A stretch of DNA of 61,556 nucleotides, counting the filler, from Circinaria calcarea (lineage: Eukaryota), in assembly GCA_051942165.1 (NCBI GenBank). It is 5 parts of 5 records of this genome, joined end to end, with 100 filler letters (N's around TTAATTAATTAA, not from the genome) between each part and the next. Parts side by side here need not be neighbours in the genome. Positions count along the whole stretch, not along the records: positions 37,027 to 49,241 come from JAVECS010000594.1; positions 49,342 to 61,556 come from JAVECS010000595.1; 3 more parts are not named here. One strand, written 5' to 3'. How positions within the stretch are numbered: position 1 is the first letter of the stretch; each line of letters opens with the position of its first letter. Positions 37,027-49,342 of this stretch are shown here, piece after piece. Below the pieces are notes generated by a model. It was not told where the DNA came from. It saw only the letters and a list, made by a program, of their open reading frames with translations, and did not search any database. Position numbers and translations under genes: made by a program.

Positions 37027-37992
37027 CCCGCCCTTCGCCCTTTCCTCGACTCCCTCGACCCAACCCACGTCTACATTACCCACCTCGACATGCACCCCCT
37101 CACCCTCAAACGCCGCGTCTTCACCGTCCCCGTTCTCATGAACATCGCCATCATCCTGCTCCTCCTCTGGCGTGCCCGGATCGCCCTGCCCCAATACGGC
37201 GCCCTCTTGCTCGCGGCTCTCGGCTACGATAGCTCGGCGAGAATCGACACCGCGAGTGCGGATTGGATCTCGTTGGGGAAAACAGGCGCCCGGCGGTTTC
37301 TCATGTTCTTCCTCGACTGGATCCTCGTGGCGTATATCCTACCCTGGCCCTTTGATTTCTTCTTCGGCTCATCCTCCAGGATCGCAAGTCCCGTTTCCTG
37401 GCGGCGCGCTATCGGCTTCCAAGACCAAGAGGTTATTGTGCGCATATCGCGCCAGTGGGACCGGAGTCTGCCGAAAAAGTGGCCGTTGCAAGAAGCGGAC
37501 GACACCTTCTACCAAGAGCGCATCATGCCCGCGCTGGACGAGAGCCGGCGGGCCAAGACCGGCTACCTGACCATGGATAAGAGCTGGGATCTCGACTTCG
37601 CCGGCATGATTACGGCGCACACGCTAATCTCCCAGTCCAAAGCCAGTTTCGCCGACTTCCGAAACATCGTCATTGTCTACTCGGAAGAGCACAGCTGGCT
37701 CGTATGGGAACTGGACCGAGGGCAGCGAGAAGAAAGGCAGGAGGAAGGGAGGAGGAGCATTGTCATGTTCAAGGATCGGCTGACGGCCATGGGCAAGGAA
37801 AACCTGTTCTTCAGGTGGATCGAACTGGTAGAGAATGAGACATCGCAACCGGGAGGGTCCACGCCGGAGAAGCAGGCAAATCTGACGGTCAAGGCTAGAG
37901 AGCTTTTCGAGTCTCAGGGGGTCGATTATGAGCGGTGTTGGAAGGACGTGGGAGGGATTCAGGGTTTACCTGGCATGGAACTTGCTAGTTGA
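37027..37992 (+). CDS. Conserved fungal membrane protein of unknown function, 5'-truncated
   Basis: Open from the contig start (PALRPFLDSLDPTHVYITHLDMHP...), two hydrophobic segments, motifs SPVSWRRAIGF, KTGYLTMDKSWDLDF, LTAMGKENLFFRWIELV. Confidence 0.8.
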   Translation, partial: PALRPFLDSLDPTHVYITHLDMHPLTLKRRVFTVPVLMNIAIILLLLWRARIALPQYGALLLAALGYDSSARIDTASADWISLGKTGARRFLMFFLDWILVAYILPWPFDFFFGSSSRIASPVSWRRAIGFQDQEVIVRISRQWDRSLPKKWPLQEADDTFYQERIMPALDESRRAKTGYLTMDKSWDLDFAGMITAHTLISQSKASFADFRNIVIVYSEEHSWLVWELDRGQREERQEEGRRSIVMFKDRLTAMGKENLFFRWIELVENETSQPGGSTPEKQANLTVKARELFESQGVDYERCWKDVGGIQGLPGMELAS

Positions 37993-38046
37993 GATAATTA
38001 ACACATATAATGAATCATCCAGCTTCCGTTCCATCCTATGCAAAAA

Positions 38047-39129
38047 TTACTCTACCTTTTCCACAGCAACAGTAGCTCCAGCCTTCTCCTCACTTCCATC
38101 CCCATCTTGCCCCACCGCTCCTAACCCCTCCAGAAACCTCTCGGCCAATCTCTCGCCCCTCTTCTCCCTAACGACCCTCCGCCGCTCCTCTAGAATCGCC
38201 TTCCTCCTCTCCTTTTCCCTCTCTCTCTCCCCCCTCTTCCTCTCTGTCTCCAGCCTCTCTGCCTCCAACCCTTCCATATCCTTCTGCCTTCCCTCCGTGT
38301 CCCCGGAAAACTGATAGAACCCGACTCCCTTGCTCCGGACCTCTTTCGTGGCATCGTAGTGCGTTTCCTCCGGTGGAGTAGCACTGCGATCCCGCTTGCG
38401 CGCCATCTCTTCCATTTGCAGGGCGATGGGCTCGTCGGGGTTGAAGGCGGCGGTTTGGACAGTGTCACCGTATATGAGGTTTTGCGGCATTGATGGGCGG
38501 GCGGAGAGCTCGGCTGTTTCTTCCTCTGCGCGGGTGGCTCTCAATCGCCGGCGTCTCTCCCGCTCGGCTTCGGTTTTCGTGCCTTGACGCAGTCTCCCAA
38601 ACTCGTCTTCGTATTCGACCATCTCTTCGTCTCCGCTCTCTCCAGAGTCCGACGAGGTATCGTAATTTGTCGGTCTTCCGGCAGCTTCATCTTCCGCCCA
38701 CTTGCGATCAAAGTCTACCAAGGCTAGCCGCTCATCTTTACTAGAGTCTCCGCCCGAGGGAACGTAATCTCCACGTTTCATAGCAGCGTACAGACGGGCT
38801 TTCTCTTCCATTCTGCGCTTGGAGCGATGGAGGGTACTAGGATCGACGCCGCCGATATCTTGGTTGTGGGCTTGGGAAGCAGGAGTGGAGGCATCGTGAG
38901 CGAGGTCGGCGAGGGCGCGCTTTTTAGTGTTTTTGTTGTGGACGGTGAAGATGTCGGCTTTGCTTTTTGAGGGACGGGGACGAGCGGCGGAGGTACTAGT
39001 CTGAGGCTTGGACTGCGCAAGGAGGGAACTGAGCTGGGAGGAGAATGCTAGGGTTGTGGAGGAGGAGATTTCTTTGGTTTTGGAGGATTTGGTGGGGCGA
39101 CTGCCGTACAGGGAGGAGTTGGAAGTCAT
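38047..39129 (-). CDS. CCDC174-like / DUF4078 coiled-coil protein
   Basis: 360-aa intronless ORF with SKRRMEEKARLYAAMKRG, LVDFDRKW, VEYEDEFGRLR, HYDATKEVRSKGVGFYQFS and a charged C-terminal coiled coil. Confidence 0.85.
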   Translation of the reverse strand: MTSNSSLYGSRPTKSSKTKEISSSTTLAFSSQLSSLLAQSKPQTSTSAARPRPSKSKADIFTVHNKNTKKRALADLAHDASTPASQAHNQDIGGVDPSTLHRSKRRMEEKARLYAAMKRGDYVPSGGDSSKDERLALVDFDRKWAEDEAAGRPTNYDTSSDSGESGDEEMVEYEDEFGRLRQGTKTEAERERRRRLRATRAEEETAELSARPSMPQNLIYGDTVQTAAFNPDEPIALQMEEMARKRDRSATPPEETHYDATKEVRSKGVGFYQFSGDTEGRQKDMEGLEAERLETERKRGEREREKERRKAILEERRRVVREKRGERLAERFLEGLGAVGQDGDGSEEKAGATVAVEKVE

Positions 39130-39623
39130 GGGTTTTTAAATCAATGGGCAGGTCCCGATGGTGAGTTTCAGTGGCGTTTGATTCGGTGCTGTGCGTCAAC
39201 TAAATACCTTGAGTGCAAAGGTACCCCAAGATATTGATGATTGCTATATCTTTGATGATCAGGGTCCAAAAAACTGCAATGTTTCCCCGCCAAAGGACTA
39301 ACTTTTGGTCTGTACATTCCAAACTCGTTAGATAAGGGTTTACGAATGATGCCCTCCAACGATTAGATGAAACTTCACGGAGTAGTATGTATTTCACTCA
39401 ACCTTTTGTAGGATGTAAGATTTAGTTATTCTCATTCTCGTTTAATCTTGCAGTAACCAAGTCGCAGTAAAGTAGCAATAGCGGTAGCCCACCAAACCAA
39501 ATAAGAGATCAGCACAGGGCCTCTCCCTCTCCTCATTCTCTGTTTGATCAAATAACAATTCCCCTTAAACAATCTTGAATGTAAAAATCACCCCATTTCC
39601 TAGACAGCTCGCTCGACTCCCCA

Positions 39624-40534
39624 TCATGCACCATATCTACACAACTCCCCTCCCCTTCCCCCGCTACTCCTCAACTTCTCCCCTTCCACCAACTTCCACG
39701 CACCTAGATACTCCCACAGCGACCATAGTTTCACTTGTCTCGCTCTTGTACTACTGATCACGCCGTGGCTATCCCGGGGACTATGCTGATTCAGGGGCCT
39801 GAGATCGAGGGGGAGCCGGTAGGCTTGCATTATGCGGTCGAGCTGGGAGTCTGTAGTAGGGAATATCAGCAGTTAGTCTAGAGAAAGGGGAAGAAGGAAA
39901 GCGAAAAGACGTACTGTCGAGAACTTTCATGACCTCGACGGTTTTGGGGAGGTTAAAATCGGGAGGGTACCGGCCGTCGTCACAAATGTGAGCTAGGTCT
40001 TTGTTAGTCTTCTAATTATGGCGATCTTGTAGAGCGAGAGGAGGAGAGCTTACGGAAGACCTTTCCATACTTGGACGAATGTGAGATTTGACAGTTGACA
40101 AGGGTGGCCGCGAGATTTGTCCTAGAGATGTTAGATCGTATCCGCTCCGTGCCATTGATGTGTCAACTGAGGGAATCCATGTCGGTAACTTACCTGCAAA
40201 TCATCTCCGGCGAGTTACACTCCCCTTCATAAGGTCCATATCTCTCGCCTTCTAGTTCAGTAAAATGCGGAGATCTCGGTCTCATTCCAGTGCTGTACCT
40301 CGGCCCAAGCGATGATGATGCGCCGGGGTGAAAGTAATCGGGTATTTCTAACGCCATTCGTGCATGATTCATTGCCAAGTTAATGTCTGTCGGTGCCATA
40401 GACCTGTGATCCATTCCCAAAGGCGTACCGGGAAGAGACCTGTAAGCTTCGTGAGGGGAGCGAACGGACATGATGGGTGGGTATGGCGACACCATCGGGT
40501 CAGGATATACCATATATTTCTGGTGGGAGAGCAT
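39624..40534 (-). CDS. Hypothetical multi-exon protein with a Mug135-like C-terminal domain; start uncertain
   Basis: Three canonical introns join a Pro/Ser-rich exon to NLAATLVNCQI...HICDDGRYPPDFNLPKTVEVMKVLD.SQLDRIMQAYRLPL...RQVKLWSLWEYLG, resembling the P..FP.T...L..L...LD.L...Y.L......KL..L...LG pattern. Confidence 0.55.
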
Positions 40535-41416
40535 AAGGAGATTGTAATGGAGTGCTGATCAAGATCGATGGGGAATTCCTTCGATCAAGAGATAGGTTTT
40601 ATATCCCGGAGCATTTGCTCCGGGATTGTACCACCATCTCGGATTGCTCACGCTCAACCACTTGGAAGGATAATGAAGCTAGTAACGCAAACATCCTAAC
40701 AATCAAACAAGCGGACTGAAAAGAGGAAAATTTTGATCCACAATACTGTTGACGCTGCACGACGGGTACCAAGAGGCCAGGGCGTACGGCAATCTGCATA
40801 GACGGAATACCATTCATGGTGAGCTGAAGTAAGGTCGCCATACATATCTGACATGTCCCAAGAGGATGAATGTCAGATGCCGCATGGAAGTTCTCGATCG
40901 AGTTTCATGCATTATACTATTGAATGTGACAAATGCAGATATAGAGAATAATTGTGACACCATTCGTCCATTCATCACGGTCGCCTCTCTTTTTTGGTTG
41001 ACCGCCTTGCTTCAGGACGATTGCCCAACGCATTTGGCTTGGAAGAAAAACAGGACACGCAATCCTGCTGTGACCATTGCATGAAACAGGTGTTGCAACG
41101 AATACCTAAATCGTTCTTGCATGATGCACACCATAGCCCACCTCCAAAGTGTGATCCTTTGCCATGAAGATGCTCATTGGAATGAGTCGAGCTGTTTGTC
41201 CATGAGTACTCGTTATTCAGGCAATCTATCATGCTTTGCAATGCATATCAGGCGTTGATTTATATTCGTCTGATTTGCCCAGACTTGTTAAATCATGTAG
41301 CTAAAGCTCTGGCGTACGGTCGATTCTACAAAACGGGGCCCGCGATGTTATGTTTTTGGCAAATATGGCATGGCAGATCTTGAGCTCTTCTAGAGCCGTA
41401 CCATTCATGTTGACAA

Positions 41417-41847
41417 TCAGTGTCCATCAGCTCTGCTGGTCAGGTCGACTTCGTCCTTTCCTCCCATATTCCTCAGTCTCTCTCTTATATCATTCAAGCC
41501 TTCTTGCTGGTCCCTCTCCCCTCCCACTATAATCGAACCTCCAAAGCTAAACGTCCTTCGATGTCCGTTAGGCCGCTCGGCAAGAGTTGGTGCACGGGGT
41601 CTTTGCCTGCCCCGTGCTCGACCGCCAACGTATGGTATTTCATGGGTCGCTGTACGAACAACGTAGAGGAGTAAATCGTACATGAGAAACAAGGCCCAAG
41701 GACCAATGGTAAGGATACCGAGTAGAATCTGCAGAACCATCAGTCTATGATTGCGGTTGGTAGCTGGAATGATGTACGTACGAAGAACCTAATTATCCAG
41801 GTCTCCAGGACATTCCAGCCGGCGGGTAGAATAGAGAACCAGGCCAT
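41417..41847 (-). CDS. Small conserved fungal membrane protein, 1 intron
   Basis: MAWFSILPAGWNVLETWIIRFF|ILLGILTIGPWALFLMYDLLLYVVR...EIPYVGGRARGRQRPRAPTLAERP; GTACGT...CTGCAG intron. Confidence 0.75.
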
Positions 41848-42582
41848 ACTCCGTACTCAGGACCTAGTGCTACCTGGTTGAGTCTGAGATGTCTGTCTCC
41901 TCTGCGAATGAAAATTGCTCGCAGCTTCGGATTAGATGTTCGGGGCCGCTTTGGACATAGAAGTAGCCTGCTCGGTATGATGTTTAGGTTGGGTGTACCA
42001 AAGGCCTCGGAGCAGGTGGCAAGCTCGAGGGTCTGGCTTCCATTGCTACAAGGCCGGCAGTCATCGTGACTGTGTAGGATCGATCTGATGTAAACTTGTA
42101 TGGAAGGCGGATGGGAACTTAGGGTTTCACACTCCCGACATAACCCGACAAGTAGGCGAATCCAGGCATCCAGGATATACCAATCTCATCTAAGCACAAA
42201 GCGTTTGCCAAAGCATTATACTATCCTGAAGGGCCTTTCCTTTAAAGTTTATATATCTACCAATTAAGCTTAATAAATATTAAATGTTTTACCTTCAGCT
42301 TAAAAGATTCGTATATTTAAACCAGATATTATGACTACGAGGCAGTCTTCGTGCCAATATATTCCACCAGCAGCGATATTTGCATGTTAGTCTAATGTAG
42401 TTTACAACCACTTAATTGGACTACATCAATGGCACTATGTGTCTTCATCATGTCCGCAGCTTACAATCCCCCATCGGAAGACATCTCAGAATAAAGGACA
42501 ACATGCTAAAACCGACTGGCTACCACCTCGCTTTTCCTTCCCACCAATCTGCGCCGACAGTTGCCGCTGTACTCGAGAGCAC

Positions 42583-44455
42583 TCACAACTCCTCCTTCAC
42601 CTTGTCAGATGCTTGCTGTGCCTTCTCCCCTGCGTAGTGAGTCGCGGAAGTTAAGCCCTCATTTGCATAATCTGCAGCCTTCTGACCCTGGTAGCTGGCC
42701 TCCTGGCGTCCACTTGAAGCACTAATCTTAAGTTGATTGAGCACCCACTGAGCAGCACCCTGGATCCTGCTATAGATTGTAGCCGGTGGGTTTGACGTTC
42801 CGTAGCGGAAGTAGTTTGCATTGCGTCGAGCCATCGCTCTCAGTTCATTAGTGTTGCTGCCTTGATAGTTTGGAACGCCGTATGAGTCAAGGTAGGACTT
42901 GAGCTCGGAATCGCTCCACGTATCAAAGGTAGTGTCCTTGGCACTATCCGTGGCTGAAGCTAGGTATGAAGTCACCGAGGCATATGAGCTACCCCCTGAC
43001 TTCGACGCGCTGGCGTATACATCCTGAGCCTGCTTTAGAAGTTCATCGCGAGTTGATCCGGCCTTTGTTGCCGCTTTCTTGGCCGTCTTTGAGTTTTGTG
43101 TAGATAACCATTTTCTAAAGTTATATTAGTAGAGATATGTTTAATCGTGCAGGTTGGAAACCTTACTTGAGGTTCTCGGTGGTCCAGGTATCAAATGTCC
43201 ACGCGGAGTACCCGGATGTAGCCTTGTTCATGTTCAGTCTTACTTGCTTTATGAGTTCATCCTTGTTGCCTCCTTGGGGGACTGGTACGCCACGTGCATC
43301 CAAGTAAGCTTTGAGGCGGTTATCGCTCCATGTCCCAATAGCGGCGTTAAAGGCATCCTCAGCCTTCATTGATGCATCGTCTGTCGCCTTTGCAAACTGG
43401 TTACCTGCCTTTGTCGTGGCGGCAGTAAAGGCGGAAGATGCGCTGGAAGCCACTTTTTGACCAGTTAAGGAGTCACGATGCTTACGTGCAAGTGCAATAA
43501 GCTCATTACGCTTCGAGCCTTGTGGAACCTTGATGCCATTCTTGTCGGCCCATTCTTTGATCTGGCTGTCGCTCCAGGCATCAAAGACTGCGTTGCTGAG
43601 ACTCTCCTTTGCGGAGTTGGCGGAAGCAGATGCTGAAGCCGCGGCGTCTTTCATGTTCTGCGCCGAGAGTCGAGAGTTTCGGCGAACAGATGCAATGAGC
43701 TTATCACGGGTAGTCGGCTGTGGGACAGGAACCCCGCGTTCATCAAGGAATTCCTTAAGGTCAGACTCTGACCAGGTCTCATAGAGCCAGTTTCCAGGAT
43801 ATTGGGCAGTTTCGCCAAGTTTCTTCGCAATGGAATCATAGTTGTCACGAGCCGCAGCCAAGAGAGAATCACGCTTGTGGGGCTGTGGAACTGGAACGCC
43901 ATTTCTGTCGAGAAACGACTTTAGCTGCGAGTCGGACCAGCTGCGTAACGAAGTCAATAAGAGAAGTTCTCGGATTAAGGGTTTTGTGGAGCACCTATCA
44001 AAAATCCAATCCTTGACACTATGGTATGAATCAGACGCGGAATCGGCAGTCTCATGCCAGTAGCTCTTGACCTGACTGACAAGACTCTCCTTGTTGGATT
44101 GGGCGCCTTTCTTGACGTCTTGACCCTTTGACTTCAAATACGACTGAAGCTGAGCCGGTTCCCAATCCGAGTATGGAGTGCCGACCTTGGTGTCCCAGTT
44201 GGTCTTGACAAGGTTCTCCAGGTCTTTACGATCAGCAGGAGTTGGGTAAGGGACATTGTGATCGGAAAGCCAGCGCTCAAGCTCGGTCTCATGCCATTTG
44301 TTATACGCTGTCACGTACACCGTCAGTTTCATCTATTTGACACCCAGTAACAACCACTAAGGGTAATACACACCGGCTTTGCCGAACCAAGTGCTCGCGA
44401 TGGTGCCTTCAGCGGCCAGAGCCAGCACCAAAGCGGTCGAGAATGAGAATCTCAT
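42583..44455 (-). CDS. ish1: Ish1/Msc1-family stress-responsive nuclear envelope/ER protein
   Basis: Signal peptide MRFSFSTALVLALAAEG; repeated Ish1 units (WHETELERWLSDHNVPYP, WSDSQLKSFLDRNGVPVP, WSESDLKEFLDERGVPVP, WSDSQIKEWADKNGIKVP, WSDSELKSYLDSYGVP); C-terminal KEEL retrieval signal. Confidence 0.9.
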
Positions 44456-45428
44456 GATTCGCTCCTGCAGTAACTTATGAGCTTCAACGAACTGCAATCA
44501 TCGAACTACACGAACAGTATTGTAAGTGAAGGCCAACAGCTTTACTCACTAGAATTATGAGGTTTGTGTATTGTTATTGTTGTTGGAAAAGAGATGAGTG
44601 GGCTGGACGTAAAGGAAAGCTTCTAGCGAGTGAAATGCAGTAGTGACGTCGGTTGTTTGGCCCGGGCTATTTCGATTTTCTGACCGTCAGGGTGGGGAAA
44701 AGCTGAAAAACAAGCTTAAGACGGTTCGTTGCCTTGAAGTACAGGGTAGCCCGCGTAGGTAATAATGCGGTCACTGGGCTACGATTGGGGAGATAGATCT
44801 CTGTTGCATTACCGGTGATGAGCTACGATATCAGAATCGCTCCTGTCATATAATCTACAGATGGTTATCTACGAAGTTGTGTTGTTTGCGTGCAATGGCA
44901 CATCGTCGATGACGGGACCCAAAAGGGATGACGTCGACGGAGCAACGAGCCTTGACGAACCACAGTCGAGGAATCGATATGGCCATATCGGGCACAAATG
45001 ACATAACATTACAACAGAATCATCTGGCAGCGAGGAATTACTTTTTTAAACAGTATTATCGGCTAACATACTGGTAGTTCTAGATCATGGGAATAGCACC
45101 GATGGTATTTAGATCAAAGTACGCTTGATACCCGGATATTTTGTACAGATTCTTTCAGTGAGGAGTACGCGACAGATCATCGGTACAGGGCAATAAAATT
45201 GAGCACGAGCTTCCAAAGTTGGCTAGTAGTGGAATGAACGGCTTCCCTCGACATAATTAGGAGCAAAAGTTAGACCATGCTGTACAGTGATGAGATTGAA
45301 TTCGTTGAGAAATTGAACAGACAACCCCCCAACCCCCCGCCTTGAGTCCACTCAGTCAATGCCATAAAGGCAATTGGCGTGAGTTACCGTTCTCTCCGAA
45401 TGCTATGTACAAATACGGCGTTCGTCTC

Positions 45429-46035
45429 TCAGGGTTGCCTGTCAGCACCACCGTGCCCTGCGGATGTAGCAAGTCAGTAACGCCATCACGGAGGGAACAG
45501 AAGCAACTCGGCCCCGGTTTCTAAGCAGAACTTGGGTCAAGGAAACCATACCGCTCCAGAATCCTTTGCCAACCTTATCTTTGTCGTTGTGATCCGACTT
45601 ATTCTGTGCGCCATACCGGTTATCGAAGTCTTCATTGTGCTTCTTCACCTCCTCACTGGGCTCAGCGGGTGGGCTTTCACTATAAATCTTGGGCTGCGCA
45701 CCATTGCTTGCTCCTTTTGACCCTGCATCCGGCTTGCCGCCACTTCCGCTGCTCGAATCGTCCGGCTTTGCATTATGCCCGTCCTTACCTGCCTTGGTGG
45801 GTCCTCCTCCCGTACCCTGTCCCTCCGTGGGAGGTGCTGGCCCTGGATGCTCCATTTCCGCCGATGGGCTTGCTCCTTGGTTCTGTGGATCTTCTCCCTT
45901 GGGGTCTCCCTCTCCGTCACCATAAGATGAAGCGTAGAGTCGTCTCTGCGAAGAGAGTCTGGAGGATACAAGGCACCGGGCTGAGGAGCGTGCAGTAAGA
46001 GACCTCAAAATCGGGGATGATCGCAGAAGAGACAT
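45429..46035 (-). CDS. Conserved fungal hypothetical protein, probably mitochondrial, 1 intron
   Basis: Arg/Ser/Leu-rich presequence MSLLRSSPILRSLTARSSARCLVSSRLSSQRRLY, then YGDGEGDPKGEDPQNQG...EHPGPAPP...VKKHNEDFDNR...DKVGKGFWSG|HGGADRQP*. Confidence 0.75.
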
Positions 46036-47279
46036 TGTGCACGTCAATCTAAGCCTTTTTTGAGAGAAAATACACACTTGCAAATGCAGTTGAACAGAAA
46101 AGGATTTGTGACAGTGATAGAGCGTCTATGGAAGAGATGATAATAGGTGTGCTCTCAGTGTGGTATTCTCGGATGAGTGGATGATGATGGAATATCTGAC
46201 CCTGATGCTACATGGTAAGTTACTGGTTACCATACCACAGGTCTTGGCATCATCATTCTTCCGATGTCCCCATTTGGACTAGTTTGTCACTATAAGTCGT
46301 GAGGCAGGTGAGCAGAAACCGTTGCCGAAAACATCAGTAAGGTACTGGAGGGCCCCTCACGCAAAAAACATAGCTCGTTAAATGAAATTAAATAAGACCT
46401 CGAACGTAAGTTCCTGCTCCGAAGACTCGATCAATAGGTAGTGGGAACGGAGCACCCCTCATACACTAATTTTCTTTTCATCGGCAACGATTTCTGCACA
46501 TCGGCCTCGTATACGTCAATTAATAAGTATACTGAGGATTAATGTCTCTACCACCTATAGTAAATAGTTCTTGTTGTTTATACCTGAAATGCATTCCAGT
46601 ACGTGCACGAACCTCTTCCATAGTAATACCATCCCCTTTTTCCACAGTTACCCGTTTCAACTGGAATCTCGGAAGTCTAGGGAAAGACAGCCTACTGGAG
46701 CCTTCAGACGGTCGTTTCAAAGTATTAAAGAAGCTTGACTCTTCTCACGACTTCGAACTGAGTAAGTACGCAAGAGGGTTGCGAGGCTACACCGAACCAA
46801 AGACCACGGAATTCACGCAAGCAGCCAAGAAAGAAACCTGGAGATCTGAATTTAGGGCGATGTTCCGCAGCTTAACGAGATCTATTCTAGGCTCATCTTC
46901 AACCACTCTTCCCTCGCCCGATGCTAGGCAGGATGACCGTCCTCCGCCATACATAGAAAAGCAATAGCTAAACAGCCGACTAACCATTGAGGATCCCGCA
47001 TCTGAAGTGGCAAAGTGTCGGAGTATCGATGTCGTTGCTTGACCATATATATGATGTTAGTATAGGAAACGGCAGACTGAGTATTGTATGCAGGTGTTGG
47101 TTTCTCTCGAGGCATATATTCAAGGCCGTTAGTTTCTAGGGAGAATTCGAATGCCCTACACGGGAATTGATTGGTTTCATTTGGGAATGACTATTGTGGT
47201 ATTATAGTATTTTTGCACATACGATTACACTCAACTCGATGATTACGGTGATTGTACCCATTCTCCTTTGACGGAACCT

Positions 47280-47900
47280 ATGGCAAGGGCACAGCCGGCA
47301 GTAACTCGAGCCAAGCGATATGAACGAGCTAAGGTCGCCGGCGACGCATTACAAGATGCAATGGCTGAAGAAGAAAGGGATGCAAAAGGCAAAGCGGATT
47401 ACATGGACTAGTTGGAAAGAATGACGAGAATGTCCCCTGGGGAACTAGCCACGCTCAGACAGACTCGCAATGCAACATCCCATGAGAGCAAAGCAAAGAC
47501 CAGGTCTACTAGGCGGGGAGGAACAAAGGTAATGCAAATAAACTTGAACGACATAAGAAGGAGCGAGCAAAGTTGATGGAAGAGGAGAAGAAGGCATTAG
47601 AGAAGAAGAACTATGCAGATCAGGTGGAAAGGGTGGCAAAGACGCCCGAAGAGAAGCAACTTGAGTACAGAAACAAACGCTATGTCCAAAATCAAAAGGA
47701 CCAAGCCAAAAACAATCTACTGTTGCGGGGAGGGCAGGAGTTAGCGCGAGGCAGAAAAGAAGGCTTACGGAGTTGTTGGCAAAGCTGACAGAGGAGGAGC
47801 GTTTCGCCCGTACGGCTAAAGATAATGCAAGGTGCAGGGAGTATAGCGTAGCAAAGAAAGTGCTAAATTGGAGGAAACAAGCAGAAGGTATATTAGCGGA
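47280..47900 (+). pseudogene. Decayed charged coiled-coil gene relic
   Basis: MARAQPAVTRAKRYERAK...DYMD*LERM..., continuing in shifted frames as EEEKKALEKKNYADQVERVAKTPEEKQ and LAKLTEEERFARTAKDNAR. Confidence 0.35.
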
Positions 47901-48506
47901 ATCGACGCTGTCGATTGGAGTGCTTCCAGCTGACGGCGGCCCAGGCTTACAACGCAGAGTACTTTGCATGGCTGGTTCAGTGAAACATTGTGCTTGGACC
48001 AATTCTACCATGATTAAGGCTACCACTTGGCTGACAGAAGCCATATTTAGCGGTAAATCTATTGATATTGCCAATTGTTACGTTCCTATGCTATCCAGGT
48101 TGACTACAGTCAATATCTAAAGCAATGTCTCGTAGGAAGCCAAGGGCAGAGGCTCTGTTTAGATAACGCAAGGGCAGTGGAAACAGCCTGAGCTGCTGCT
48201 GCTCTCCCGGTCATCGACCGATGTGTGGATAAAATGTAATTCGCTCAGTCATGTGGTGGAATCTATTTTAGGCTTCAGTGGGAGAGATGAGCCGAGGTCT
48301 GCAAGGAGCAGATAACGGCGTGTCAATGACGGATTCGATTTGTCGCTTTAATGGATAGACGTCCAACCGTGCGTCCGTTTCTCCAAATGGCCTGGAATCG
48401 GGGATCGGTTCGGGACCTGTCTTTCACTTGGTATGCCTTGATCGAACCCCCAAACTCGTAGAGAAACAGCGACGTCAAAAATATCTATACTCTATCGTGG
48501 AAAAGG

Positions 48507-49241
48507 ATGGACACCTCGAGTCCCACCGCCCTGTAGGTCCCATGCAAACTTGGGCGCATGGAGTCTCTTTACTAATATGCTCTCAGTCTTAAGGTGGTAC
48601 TCCCCAATGTCCCGACTGTTTTGCGAGGCGCATTCTGGTACTCCTTGGGGTTCTCCCCTACCTCGAAGAAATGGGATCTCAGAACAGAACTAATCGTCAC
48701 TTTCATTCGCTCATTGCTCAACTCCCCCAAACCATCCCCCATCTCGAAGCAGCAATATCAAAGCACGAAAGACCCGGGCATCAAGGGACCCATGTGGATA
48801 TCCAAAGTAACAGTCCCAGCACCCGAAGAAAGCAATGTTCAGGAAGTGTTGGTAGATGCCATTGAAGCACTGAAAGTGGGCGGGGAGTCTTATACCCTCC
48901 CAGAAATCAAACCGGTAGAGGTAGAATGGACAGGATATCGCGCGAATGTTGATTCGAATCGGGCACGGCCTGATCTATCGGAAGAACAACATTATGACAA
49001 GCTGATGCAGGGAGTGACTAGCGATGTTACTATACTCTATTTCCATGGCGGTGCATATTAGTAAGTCTTTTGGTCTCTCCAAACACCCTCCTCTCTCCGG
49101 AAGCTAAGCAGACGCCTTACAGTCTTTGCGATCCGTGTACACACCGGCTAGCATGTTCGAAGCTTGCCAGACTCACCGGCGGCCGTTGCCTTAACGTTCG
49201 TTATAGATTAGCACCACAATATCCTTTTCCGAGCCAACTTC
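48507..49241 (+). CDS. Alpha/beta-hydrolase (HSL-like lipase/esterase), 3'-truncated, 2 introns
   Basis: KWDLRTEL, DPGIKGPMWISK, VEVEWTGYR, TILYFHGGAY (oxyanion HGG), LARLTGGRCLNVRYRLAPQYPFPSQL. Confidence 0.9.
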
Positions 49242-49341
49242 NNNNNNNNNNNNNNNNNNNNNNNNNNNNNNNNNNNNNNNNNNNNTTAATTAATTAANNN
49301 NNNNNNNNNNNNNNNNNNNNNNNNNNNNNNNNNNNNNNNNN
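49242..49341. other. Artificial contig spacer
   Basis: N44-TTAATTAATTAA-N44. Confidence 0.98.
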
Positions 49342-49342
49342 A

